Below, in pieces: positions 1-8,850 of a stretch of 54,924 nt of DNA. A program made the position numbers and the translations under genes. The stretch is from assembly GCA_036555955.1 (NCBI GenBank), contig DATBKH010000170.1:1-54924 (forward strand), given 5' to 3'. Below the pieces are notes generated by a model. The model made no database searches, was not told where the DNA came from, and saw nothing but the letters and a program-made list of their open reading frames with translations. Source of the stretch: Candidatus Limnocylindria bacterium. GTDB taxonomy: Bacteria; Chloroflexota; Limnocylindria; P2-11E. The first letter of the stretch is position 1. Each line of letters opens with the position of its first letter.

Positions 1-2
1 GC

Positions 3-1676
3 GCGCTCAACACGTTCGAGCTGACCCGCCAGGACTCGAGCACGCTGGGGCAGCACTGGGCCGGCTCTCTGCCGCTCGCCGGCCGCGATCCGTCGAACGT
101 TCGCTACATGCTGCAAGCCGTGAACGGGGCCGGCCGCGTACAGGTGGTCGACAACTTCGGGCTGGGCTTCGCGGCAGAGACACCGCCGACGCTGCAAACG
201 CCACTCGCGGACACTGCGCTCTCGTTCGTCGCACCGCCGACGCCGACCAGCACCTTCTCCGGCCGGACCATCACGGTCGCGGCCAAGTTGACGCGGAACG
301 ACACCGACGCGTCGGTCGCCGGCAAGCGACTCGTCTTCCGGCTGACCGGTGTGAGTGGAGCGAAGGCGTTCGCGTACACCGGTTCGGATGGCGTCGCGAC
401 GACACAGCTGAAGGTCGCCGCGCTTCCGGGGACCCTGTTCGCCCAAGTCGAATTCGACGGCGACGACGATCTGGCCGGGAGCAGCGCGCGGTCGGCCGAG
501 ATCGCGGTGGCGCGCGAGACCGCCAGCTTCACCGCGACGGGAATCACGCCGTCGAGCCAGCAGGTCGGCGGGGTCGTGCAGGTGACCGCACGGCTGCAAG
601 ACGGGCTCGGCCGCCGCCTCCGGGAACAAGGCGTGCTCTTCCTGGTCACCGCACCGGCGTGCACGGCGTACGTCGCCGGTCCCGGGTGTGCCGTGCTGCA
701 GGCGCAAGCCTCGGAAACGGACTTCCGGGGCGACGCGCGCGCGAGCTTCACGCTCGCGCTCGGCATCGGCTCGTACAACATCCATGCGGTCTTCGCGAGC
801 GTGGTCCAGCTGCCGCCCGCGATCACGGTCGATCTGCAGAACGCGCGCTACACGCCGGCACGCGCAAATCTCGGAGCGCTGACCGTCGCCAACCAGCGGA
901 TCCTGTTCACGAGCAGCCGCACCGGCTTCGGCGACATCTACGCCATGAACGTCGACGGCTCCAACCCGCAGCGCCTCACGACGGCCAACGCGATCGACGC
1001 CGATCCGGATTGGTCCCCGGACCGGACGCGGATCGCGTTCACGAGCAGCCGCACCGGGAACGGCGACGTTTACGTGATGGGCTCGGATGGAACGGGCGCC
1101 ACGCGGCTTACGACCAGCAGCGGCATCGACACGTTCGGCAGCTGGTCGCCGGACGGTACGAAGATCGCCTTCACCAGCACGCGCGACGGCAACGCCGAGA
1201 TCTACGTGATGAACGCAGACGGCAGCGGCCAGACACGCCTCACGAACAACCCGCGGATCGACGCCGATCCGTACTGGTCGCCTGACGGGACGAAGATCGC
1301 GTTCACGAGCACCCGCGACGGGAACTCAGAGATCTATGTGATGAACGCGAACGGCAGCAACGTGAAGCGGCTCACGAACGATCCCGGCGTCGACACGCTC
1401 GGCAGCTGGTCGCCGGACGGAACGAAGATCGCATTCACGAGCGGCCGGACGGGGAACGGCGACATCTACACGATGAACTCCGATGGCACCGGCCTCACGC
1501 GTCTCACGACGAGCTCGGCCATCGACGCGACGCCCGATTGGTCACCGGACGGGACCAAGATCGTGTTCGCGACGACCCGGGACGGCAACTCCGAGATCTA
1601 CGTGATGAACGCCAACGGCACGGGGCAGACCAGGCTCACCACGAACTCCGCCCTCGACACGCTCCCCAGCTGGTAG
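3..1676 (+). CDS. Ig-like region plus six-bladed PD40 (TolB-like) beta-propeller protein; 5' end probably lies outside the window
   Basis: The frame is open from nt 3, with no stop upstream of the ATG at 108. The C-terminal half is six tandem 44-aa units (IAFTS.R.GN.EIYVMN.DG....RLT....D....WSPDGTK) typical of PD40 repeats. Stop TAG at 1674-1676. Confidence 0.8.
   Translation, partial: ALNTFELTRQDSSTLGQHWAGSLPLAGRDPSNVRYMLQAVNGAGRVQVVDNFGLGFAAETPPTLQTPLADTALSFVAPPTPTSTFSGRTITVAAKLTRNDTDASVAGKRLVFRLTGVSGAKAFAYTGSDGVATTQLKVAALPGTLFAQVEFDGDDDLAGSSARSAEIAVARETASFTATGITPSSQQVGGVVQVTARLQDGLGRRLREQGVLFLVTAPACTAYVAGPGCAVLQAQASETDFRGDARASFTLALGIGSYNIHAVFASVVQLPPAITVDLQNARYTPARANLGALTVANQRILFTSSRTGFGDIYAMNVDGSNPQRLTTANAIDADPDWSPDRTRIAFTSSRTGNGDVYVMGSDGTGATRLTTSSGIDTFGSWSPDGTKIAFTSTRDGNAEIYVMNADGSGQTRLTNNPRIDADPYWSPDGTKIAFTSTRDGNSEIYVMNANGSNVKRLTNDPGVDTLGSWSPDGTKIAFTSGRTGNGDIYTMNSDGTGLTRLTTSSAIDATPDWSPDGTKIVFATTRDGNSEIYVMNANGTGQTRLTTNSALDTLPSW
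900..1673 (+). repeat. Six in-frame tandem copies of a 132-nt (44-codon) PD40 blade unit inside the CDS
   Basis: The ATC codon opening each unit is at 900, 1032, 1164, 1296, 1428 and 1560, an exact 132-nt period. The last unit is cut to 38 codons by the stop. Confidence 0.85.
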
Positions 1677-1681
1677 AGGCC

Positions 1682-4600
1682 TTAGCGGGCCGAGATCGGC
1701 GAGGGTGGCGCGAGCAGGCGCTCGACGCCGCGACGGTCGGTCGTCGCGCCCAGTTCCGCGAAGATCGTTACGGCTTCGCGAACGAGCGCGAGGTCGTCGC
1801 CTTCGAGCCGGCCCGCCGTGGCGTGCACTTGAGCGAGCGCGGCGAGGCTCCGGGCGAGCTCCAAACGGTTCTGAGCGAGCCTGAGAATGCTCACGCTCTC
1901 TGTAAGCTCGGCGGCCGCCTGGGTCCGCATCCCCAGCGCGTGGTGCACGGTACCCAGTACTTGGAGCGCCACGCCCTCCTCGTCGCGCGCTTTGATCTCC
2001 CGCGCCACGTCGAGCGATCGCAGCGCCCAGCCGAGCGCGACGGCCGGCTCCTTCGCGAGTTCGACCTTCGCGAGCGTTCGATATAGCTCGGGCAGGAACA
2101 GCCGCGAGTCGAGCTTCTCCCACTCGGCGAGCGCGCTCCCCAGCGAAGTGCGCGCTTCGTCGAGGTGACCGTCTTCGTAGTGGAGGATGCCGAGGTTCAT
2201 ATGGACCGTCGCCACGCCGACGGCGTTCCCGACCTGCGACCAGCTCTGCAGCGCTTCTTCCGACGCCGCGATCGCACCTGGGTAGTCGCGGCGATTTCGA
2301 AGGGTCTCGGCCAGATTTGCTTGCGTCATGCCGACGCCCCACAGGTCTCCGATGCGCCGTGCGAGCGTCAGCGCCTGCCGCTGCTCCTCCAGCGCTTCGT
2401 CCCAGCGCGATTGTCGGCGGAAGACGATGCCGAGGTTGTTGCGAACGTTCATCAGTCCCTGCGGATCGTCGAGCGACTCGTAGATCGAGAGCGCGCGGCG
2501 ATACAGATCCACGCCTCGCGCGTGATCGCCCTTGAGCACGCTAGCCGTACCGAGGTGTTTGTACCCCTCCGCAACGAGCTGGCGTGACCCTGCGGCGTCC
2601 GCCATGCCAACGCCGCGCTCACCGGCGACGAGCGCGTCGTCATAGCGGCCCTGGCGCCAGGCCACGTGAGCCAGCTCGATCCACACCGCGGCGGTGTCCG
2701 CATGTACGAGGTCGCCCGCGCTCGCGCCGGCACGCTCGAGCCAGCGGAGGGCGAGCTGGTAGTCGCCCTCGCGCTGATAGGTGACGGCCACCTTGCGTTC
2801 CAAGCGAGATTTCACGATCGCCGCAGCCGCAAGGTCATACGCTTCCCGGTACGAGTCGCGGGCCCGGGGCAGCTGGCCGATCGTCGTCCGCACGTCGCCG
2901 ATGCCTTCGAGTGCCGCTGCCCTTTGCGTATCGTCGGGCGCGAGCGCCAGTGCCGATTCGTACGCGCGGACGGCCTGATCGTTGGCGTACAGGCGCTGCG
3001 CGCGCGCGCCGGCTATGAGCAGATACCGGCACGCGCTGGCGCGGTCGTCGCTTCGCTCGTAGTGATACGCGAGAAAGTCCACGAACTCGTCGAGCCGCTC
3101 CGTATAGAGCGCTTCCATCGCGGCCGCGATCGATCCGTGCAGCCGCCGCCGGTCCGCCTGCAGCTGCGTCTCGTACGCGACCTCTTGGATCAGGATCTGC
3201 CGGAATCCGTAGGTGACCTCCGGCGACACGGTCTGGAGATCGACGAAGCTCCCGTGTTCGAGCGTCACGAGATGCTCGGCAAGGGCGACGTCGGGAAGGA
3301 GTCTTTCGAGAACGCGGACCCAGAAGGTCCGCCCGCACACGGCCCCGGCGTTCAGCGTCCGTCGCGTATCGAGCGAAAGCCGATCGATGCGCGCCTCGAT
3401 GAGTTCCTGAATCGTCGCGGGCACCGGCGCGGTCGCGCCCGGTACGAGCGCGACCCGACCCTTCCGTTCGATGAGGAGCGTCGATGCCTTCAACGCACGT
3501 ACCACCTCCTCAATGAAGAAAGGATTTCCCGCGGTGCGCCCGATGATCGTCTCGGCGAGCTGGTCCTCGACGGGAACCTCGAACACGGTCTCGATCAGGT
3601 CTCTCGCCGCGGCTCCCTCGAGCGCGCGGATCGCGAGCGTTTCGGTCTGCCACGGCGGCGTCCATCCTGGGCGCGCCGTCGTCGTGAAGAGAAGCGGCAG
3701 CGACGGAATGACCGTCACGAGATCGCCAAGGACGCGCAGGCTCGCGCCGTCGACCCAGTGCAGGTCCTCCGCGGTGAGCACCAGCGGCGCGCGGCGAGCC
3801 GCTAGCGTGAGCAGCGTCCGCAGCAAGGTGACGAGGATGCGTGGCTTGACCTCGGGGTCGAGCGGCGAGCGCACCCCGTAGCCGAGGATGTCGAGGAGCA
3901 GATCCGCGTGCGTCGACTCGAGCTCGGCGCCGAGAGCCGCGAATCCAGTCGTGATCGCCGTTCGCGCCACCGTCTCGTCGTCGGCCGCGTGAATGGAAAA
4001 GGCTCCGCGGATGAAATCCGCGATCAGCGCGTACGGAGTGTTCGTCTCGAACGAGGCGCACCGGACCGTGAGCCGGTCGATGCCCGAGACGAGGTTCGCG
4101 CGGAGCTCGCCGACGAGGCGTGACTTTCCAATGCCGGCCTCGCCAACGACGTTCACGACCCGCCCGCGGCCCTGCACCGCGTCCGCGACCGCGGCGCGGA
4201 GGAACTCGAGCTCGGCGTCGCGACCGATGAAGTGCGTCGATTCCGGGGCGATCTCGTCGTAGCGGCGACGGATGACGCGGTAGCCGACCACGCGCTCCGC
4301 CTTGCCCTTCAGGGTGAGCGGCGCGGTCTCCTCGAACTCGAATGAATGGATGGCGAGCCGTCTCGTGTCGGCGCTCACGAGGACCTCGCCGGGCGGCGCG
4401 GCGGACTCGAATCGCTGCGCCGTGTTCACCGCGTCGCCGACCACCGTGAACGCGGTCTGGACGTCGCCGGCCAGCAATCCGGCGACCACCTCGCCGGTGT
4501 TGATGCCGATGCGCAGCGAGAGCCGCACGCCGTGACGTCGCGACAGATCGTCGTTCAGGTGCCCGATCGACTGCTGCATGGCGAGGGCGGCGTTGATGGC

Positions 4601-4996
4601 GCGCTCGGCGTCGTCCTCGTGTGAGATCGGCGCGCCGAACACCGCCATGACCGCGTCGCCGATGTACTTGTCGATCGTCCCCTCGTAGCGGCGTATCTGA
4701 CGGGCCAGCTCGTTGAAGTAGGAACCGAGGATCCCGCGGAGCTCCTCGGGGTCAAGGCGCTCGCCGAGCGCCGTCGAACCGGAAAGGTCCGCGAAGAGGA
4801 TCGTCACGACCTTGCGCTGCTCGCCGAATGCCGCGGCCGCGACCGAGTCGACCTGCAGCGAGGTGCTCGTCGTCGCGAGCGACTGCGCGCGCGTGACCGA
4901 TACGTCCAGCGCCGCGCCGCACGACGAGCAGAAACGGTCGCGTGCGCGGGCGGCCGCGCCGCAGTTCGCGCAACGGCGTTTTACGGCTGGCGGCAT
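1682..4996 (-). CDS. Zinc-ribbon / class III adenylate(guanylate) cyclase / P-loop STAND ATPase / TPR protein (paralog 1)
   Basis: N-terminal CANCG...CSSCG zinc ribbon. Cyclase motifs ILFADLSGST, DKYIGDAVMAVFGAP and GDAVNTAQR. Walker A GEAGIGKS. About 450 aa of C-terminal TPR-like helical repeats. Confidence 0.9.
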   Translation of the reverse strand: MPPAVKRRCANCGAAARARDRFCSSCGAALDVSVTRAQSLATTSTSLQVDSVAAAAFGEQRKVVTILFADLSGSTALGERLDPEELRGILGSYFNELARQIRRYEGTIDKYIGDAVMAVFGAPISHEDDAERAINAALAMQQSIGHLNDDLSRRHGVRLSLRIGINTGEVVAGLLAGDVQTAFTVVGDAVNTAQRFESAAPPGEVLVSADTRRLAIHSFEFEETAPLTLKGKAERVVGYRVIRRRYDEIAPESTHFIGRDAELEFLRAAVADAVQGRGRVVNVVGEAGIGKSRLVGELRANLVSGIDRLTVRCASFETNTPYALIADFIRGAFSIHAADDETVARTAITTGFAALGAELESTHADLLLDILGYGVRSPLDPEVKPRILVTLLRTLLTLAARRAPLVLTAEDLHWVDGASLRVLGDLVTVIPSLPLLFTTTARPGWTPPWQTETLAIRALEGAAARDLIETVFEVPVEDQLAETIIGRTAGNPFFIEEVVRALKASTLLIERKGRVALVPGATAPVPATIQELIEARIDRLSLDTRRTLNAGAVCGRTFWVRVLERLLPDVALAEHLVTLEHGSFVDLQTVSPEVTYGFRQILIQEVAYETQLQADRRRLHGSIAAAMEALYTERLDEFVDFLAYHYERSDDRASACRYLLIAGARAQRLYANDQAVRAYESALALAPDDTQRAAALEGIGDVRTTIGQLPRARDSYREAYDLAAAAIVKSRLERKVAVTYQREGDYQLALRWLERAGASAGDLVHADTAAVWIELAHVAWRQGRYDDALVAGERGVGMADAAGSRQLVAEGYKHLGTASVLKGDHARGVDLYRRALSIYESLDDPQGLMNVRNNLGIVFRRQSRWDEALEEQRQALTLARRIGDLWGVGMTQANLAETLRNRRDYPGAIAASEEALQSWSQVGNAVGVATVHMNLGILHYEDGHLDEARTSLGSALAEWEKLDSRLFLPELYRTLAKVELAKEPAVALGWALRSLDVAREIKARDEEGVALQVLGTVHHALGMRTQAAAELTESVSILRLAQNRLELARSLAALAQVHATAGRLEGDDLALVREAVTIFAELGATTDRRGVERLLAPPSPISAR

Positions 4997-5094
4997 GCGG
5001 CCAGCCTACGAGTCGCGGCAAGTCTCGGGTGTAACGAACCGAACGATGGGTTTGCGTCTGCGGGCGAAGCCGGCTCCTCGTAACCTTCGGCGCC

Positions 5095-7242
5095 ATGACC
5101 GTCGAGACCGCCGACATCTGGGGGTTGCTGCGCGACAAGCTCGACTACGCCTCGTTCGTCCCGACGCCCCTGCCGGACATCGAGCGCGCCGACCTGCGGC
5201 GGCGCGATGGCACTCCCTACACCGTTATCAAGAATCCGCACGGCGACAACGGCGCCGGCCGTTACCTTCGCCTGGAGCCCGCCGACGTCGCGCTCATGCA
5301 GCTGATGGACGGGCGGCGGACCGTGCAGGAGATCCTCGTCGCGAACCTCGAGAACGGCGGCGGCTTCGCGCTCGAGAGGCTCGCTCGCTTGACCGCCGCG
5401 ATGCGCACGAATGGGTTCTTCGGCGAGGAGCCGCCGCCGCTCTACGAGAAGCTTCGCGCCATGGCGGCGCGCCGCGACCCGATGGCGCAGGCGTCGATCC
5501 TGTTGCGCCGCCTCGTCCTTTGGGACATCGCCCGCTGGTCGAACGCGGACCGCTTCGTCGACCGGGCGTACCGGACAGTGGGGTGGCTGGCGTTCACGCG
5601 CATCGGCGCCGCGCTCCTCGTCGTCTTCGGGCTCGCGGGTCTGGTGCTCTGGTTCGAGGAGACGAAGATCCCCACGCTGCAGCTCGTCACGCTGAACGGC
5701 TCGTACACCCTGGGCCTGCTCGCGCTGACTCTCCTGCAGGTCCTCTCGATCTCGATACACGAGGCCGGGCATGCTCTGGCGATACGGCATTTCGGCCGAC
5801 GCGTCCGGCGCTTCGGTCTGGCGATGTATTACCTCTTTCCCTGCTGCTACGTGGACTCGACGGACATGAGCCTTTCGTCGCGATGGAAGCGCGTCATCGT
5901 TTCGCTCGCCGGGCCGTTCGCGGGTCTCGTCGTCGCGGCGGCCTGCGCGGTCGTGGCGTGGTTCTCGCCGCACACGCTGCTCGGCGAGTTCGCGTTCAAG
6001 GGCGCGAGCCTCCTCGTGTTCCAGTTCGTGCTGAACCTCTTACCCATCCTCGAGCTCGACGGTTATCACGTGCTGGTCGACGCGCTCGACGCGCCACTGC
6101 TCCGACAGCGTGCGCTCGCGTTCGCGCGTGGCCAGGTCGTCCGGAAGATCCGGCAGCGCGCGAAGTGGACGCGTGAAGAGATCGGCCTCGCGCTGTTCGG
6201 TGGATTCGCGATCGTCATCTCGCTCGCGACGCTGTTCCTCTCGCTCGTGATCTGGCGGTCGCGCATCGAGGTCGCGGCGCGGGAGCTGATCCGTCTGGGC
6301 TGGCCGGGGCTCCTGATCCTCGCGCTGATCGCGCTCGTGTTCATCGGTCCGCTCGCGGTGGCGCTCGCCGCACGGGCCCTCGGGACGGCTCGCCTCGCGG
6401 CGAGGCTGGCCGCCGCGCGGAGCGCGCGGGTCGCCCAGCTCGAGCTCGAGGAGCGGGTCAACGTCCTCTCGCGGGTGCGCTTCCTCGCGGGCCTTCCGCG
6501 CCAGTCGCTCCTGGTGATGGCGTCGCATCAGGAGATCGAGCGCTTCCAAGCCGGAGACATCGTCTTCACCGCCGGCGATGCCGGGGACCGGTTCTATCTG
6601 GTCCGGTCCGGTCGCCTTCGCGCGACCGGCGCCGACGGCACGGTCTTCGGGACGATCGTGCCGGGTGAAGGCTTCGGCGAGCTCGCGCTGCTCGATCACA
6701 CCGTGCGTTCCGCGACGGTCCAGGCGATCGAGCCGGTGGAGGTCTGGTCGCTGCGGCGCGGCCACTTCAATCGCTGGGTTCGCGAGCGGTACGAGGTCGC
6801 GGCCCGCATCCGTGCCTCGCGAGGCGAGCGGAACGCCCTCTCCTCGCTTCCGTTCTTCAAGGGGCTGAGTGGCCAGGAGCTCGACCGGATCGCGGCGCGC
6901 ATGCGGACCATTCGGTATGGCGACCGCCAGCCGGTGTTCCTCGCGGGGGATCCCGGGGACCGCTACTACGTCATCCGCGAAGGCAAGGCGCTGGTGACGC
7001 TCCCCGACGGGCGCCCGATCAGGACGCTCGGGCCGGGCGACGCCTTCGGCGAGCTCGCCCTCCTGTTCCGGAAGCCGCGCACGGCGACCGTTACAGCGGT
7101 CGGCACGCTCGTCGTGGCGGCTTTGGAGCGGGTCGACTTCCTAGCTTTGGTGAAGGCTTCCGGAGAAAAAGAGGGTGCGTTCCGCGCGAGAACGGGCCAT
7201 TATGTCGGCGCTGGTCTGGGGGAGGCCATTGCGGGGAGCTAG
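5095..7242 (+). CDS. Membrane protein: PqqD-like (RRE-like) domain + M50 site-2-protease core + two cyclic-nucleotide-binding domains
   Basis: Residues ~45-110 (LRLEPADVALMQLMDGRRTVQEILVANL...LERLARLTAAMRTNGFF) resemble the PqqD winged helix. The multi-TM core carries HEAGH (nt 5758-5772) and NLLPILELDG (nt 6034-6063). The C-terminus has two cNMP domains with FGELAL..RSATV and FGELALL..RTATV cassettes. Confidence 0.85.
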   Translation: MTVETADIWGLLRDKLDYASFVPTPLPDIERADLRRRDGTPYTVIKNPHGDNGAGRYLRLEPADVALMQLMDGRRTVQEILVANLENGGGFALERLARLTAAMRTNGFFGEEPPPLYEKLRAMAARRDPMAQASILLRRLVLWDIARWSNADRFVDRAYRTVGWLAFTRIGAALLVVFGLAGLVLWFEETKIPTLQLVTLNGSYTLGLLALTLLQVLSISIHEAGHALAIRHFGRRVRRFGLAMYYLFPCCYVDSTDMSLSSRWKRVIVSLAGPFAGLVVAAACAVVAWFSPHTLLGEFAFKGASLLVFQFVLNLLPILELDGYHVLVDALDAPLLRQRALAFARGQVVRKIRQRAKWTREEIGLALFGGFAIVISLATLFLSLVIWRSRIEVAARELIRLGWPGLLILALIALVFIGPLAVALAARALGTARLAARLAAARSARVAQLELEERVNVLSRVRFLAGLPRQSLLVMASHQEIERFQAGDIVFTAGDAGDRFYLVRSGRLRATGADGTVFGTIVPGEGFGELALLDHTVRSATVQAIEPVEVWSLRRGHFNRWVRERYEVAARIRASRGERNALSSLPFFKGLSGQELDRIAARMRTIRYGDRQPVFLAGDPGDRYYVIREGKALVTLPDGRPIRTLGPGDAFGELALLFRKPRTATVTAVGTLVVAALERVDFLALVKASGEKEGAFRARTGHYVGAGLGEAIAGS

Positions 7243-7245
7243 GGA

Positions 7246-7461
7246 TTGGATTGCTGGGTCTGCGAAAGGACCGCGCTTGCCGCGTGCCGCTTCTGCGGGC
7301 GCGGGACCTGTCGCGAGCACTCCCGGAATCACCCGTTCGTTCTCGAGCTCTTCCGTGGCAACCGTCACGACGTCATCAGGGCGCTAGTGGTCGAAGACGC
7401 GATCCACTGCGGGGTCTGCCGCCCGCGTGGTGAACCGGTGCAGATGCCGGAGCTCGAGTAG
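7246..7461 (+). CDS. 71-aa Cys-rich zinc-finger mini-protein (B-box-like spacing)
   Basis: TTG start lies 7 nt after RBS GGGGAG (7233-7238), which sits in the last codons of the upstream gene (stop TAG 7240-7242). Pattern CxxC-x7-CxxC-x4-CxxH (CWVC..CRFC..CREH) plus a C-terminal HCGVC. Confidence 0.6.
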   Translation: MDCWVCERTALAACRFCGRGTCREHSRNHPFVLELFRGNRHDVIRALVVEDAIHCGVCRPRGEPVQMPELE

Positions 7462-7589
7462 GCACGAGCTGCGGAGGGAGGGCGAAGGTTAGGTAGATCA
7501 CACGGACCGAGTGACACGGGGCGACGAGCCGCAGCACCCGAGCGGCGCAGAGTCACCGCCTACCGATAGCGGTGAAAAAGGAGCAGGTA

Positions 7590-8792
7590 ATGAGCAAGAA
7601 CCTCGAGAAAGTGATCCAGCGGGCGATCAGTGACGCGGCATTCCGCCGTCAGCTCCAGTCGAACCCCGAAGCGGCGCTACGCGGCTTCAACCTCACGGGT
7701 GACGAGGTTGCCGCACTCCGCAGCGGAGACGCCGGGAAGCTGATGTCCCTCGGCATCGACCAGCGCATGAGCAAGACATTCCAGGTCGGCGGCGAGTCCT
7801 TCTCAAGCATGGCCAGCCGCGCGGCCATCGGTGGCGACCTGACCACGACGAGCGGGTCGCTCATCGACCAGGACACCGGCCGTCTCGCGGCCGCGGACAC
7901 CATCGGCGCGACGAGCGGAAGCACCGCCTCGATCGACCCCGGCAACGTCGACGGCACCCCGCGCGCTTTCGGCGACCCGCTGAGCACGGCGACGGCGGCG
8001 TCCGACGCGCTCGAGGACCAGAGCCACGCGATCGCGGGCCGTCAGATGGGCGACGCCACCGGCACCGTCCGGAGCTCCGTCCGCGACTTCGAGCCGGCCG
8101 CGCAGATCGGCACGAGCGACTACAGCTCGGCGTACCCCGCCCATGGCGGCCTGGCAGGCCCAAGCGGCACGAACCTGAGCGCCGGCAACGTCGCTCCGGT
8201 CGAGGGCAGCCCCGAGGCGTTCGCATTCCGCGACCAGGGCGAGACCGCGGTCCGCAGCAACGTTCGCGACTTCGAGCCCGCTGCCGGATCCGCGCCGACA
8301 TCCGACGCGATCGAGGACCAGAGTCACGCGATCGCCGGCCGGCTGGCTGGTGAGACCGCGGTCCGCAGCAACGTTCGGGACTTCGAGCCCGCCGCGCAGC
8401 TCAGCAACAGCGAAGTGGCGAGCGATGAGGGCCAGGTCATCTCGCGGATCCGCGACAACGCTCCCGCGGACGTTGGCTCTTCGGCGACGATCAGCGGTGA
8501 CGACGCGGCAGGCCCCGGCTATCTCGCCGCCTCGGACGACATGACCATCTCACGCGTTCGCGACATCGCGCCCGCCGACACGATGGGCTCGGACGTCGCG
8601 GCGAGCTCCGCGGCGACCTCGGACGCGTTCCTCACGGAGGGCGAGGTCAGCCAGTACGCAGCGACCGACCCGAACTGGAGCTCGGACGCGGCGGAGGACA
8701 CGAGCCACGCGTTCAACCCGGACGTCAGCGACGCGGCCGTGGACGGCGGGACCGACTCGACCGCCAACCACGACTCGGAGCTCACGAGCTAA
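7590..8792 (+). CDS. Acidic tandem-repeat protein with an NHLP/Nif11/LigA-like helical N-terminal leader ending in Gly-Gly
   Basis: ATG 7590 is 6 nt after AAGGAG (7578-7583); the track ORF starts at GTG 7572. The N-terminus MSKNLEKVIQRAISDAAFRRQLQSNPEAALRGFNLTGDEVAALRSGD...TFQVGG resembles RiPP-type leaders. The rest is S/T/A/D/E-rich with repeated SDA[LI]EDQSHAIAGR and VRS.VRDFEPAA units. No signal peptide or TM segment. Confidence 0.7.
   Translation: MSKNLEKVIQRAISDAAFRRQLQSNPEAALRGFNLTGDEVAALRSGDAGKLMSLGIDQRMSKTFQVGGESFSSMASRAAIGGDLTTTSGSLIDQDTGRLAAADTIGATSGSTASIDPGNVDGTPRAFGDPLSTATAASDALEDQSHAIAGRQMGDATGTVRSSVRDFEPAAQIGTSDYSSAYPAHGGLAGPSGTNLSAGNVAPVEGSPEAFAFRDQGETAVRSNVRDFEPAAGSAPTSDAIEDQSHAIAGRLAGETAVRSNVRDFEPAAQLSNSEVASDEGQVISRIRDNAPADVGSSATISGDDAAGPGYLAASDDMTISRVRDIAPADTMGSDVAASSAATSDAFLTEGEVSQYAATDPNWSSDAAEDTSHAFNPDVSDAAVDGGTDSTANHDSELTS
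8001..8396 (+). repeat. Near-identical intragenic DNA repeats encoding the repeated peptide modules
   Basis: Unit A, tccgacgcg(c/a)tcgaggaccagag(c/t)cacgcgatcgc(g/c)ggcc, occurs at 8001 and 8301 (exactly 300 nt apart, 37/40 identical). Unit B, gagaccgcggtccgcagcaacgttcg(c/g)gacttcgagcccgc, occurs at 8241 and 8352 (111 nt apart, 1 mismatch in 41). A diverged copy lies at about 8064-8105. Confidence 0.85.
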
Positions 8793-8811
8793 CAGGGCAC
8801 ACACGAGGGGC

Positions 8812-8850
8812 GAAGGAGCGGCTCCGCGAGGGGCCGCTTCTTTCGTTTCT
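8812..8850 (+). terminator. Intrinsic-terminator-like hairpin between the convergent repeat-protein and Crp genes
   Basis: GAAGGAGCGGC (8812-8822), a ~10-nt loop, then GCCGCTTCTTT (8833-8843), giving about 10 bp including G-U pairs. It runs into the T-rich tract CTTTCGTTTCT. No U-tract on the opposite strand. Confidence 0.5.

Noticed and set aside
7497-7520. Crp-like site (TCACAC...GTGACA) in the 128-nt region upstream of the repeat-protein gene.
   Set aside because: The halves are not a TGTGA-N6-TCACA inverted repeat. They are better described as a direct repeat of ACACGG (7500-7505 and 7514-7519), which may be chance. I also found no convincing Crp palindrome in 4997-5094 or 9521-9749.
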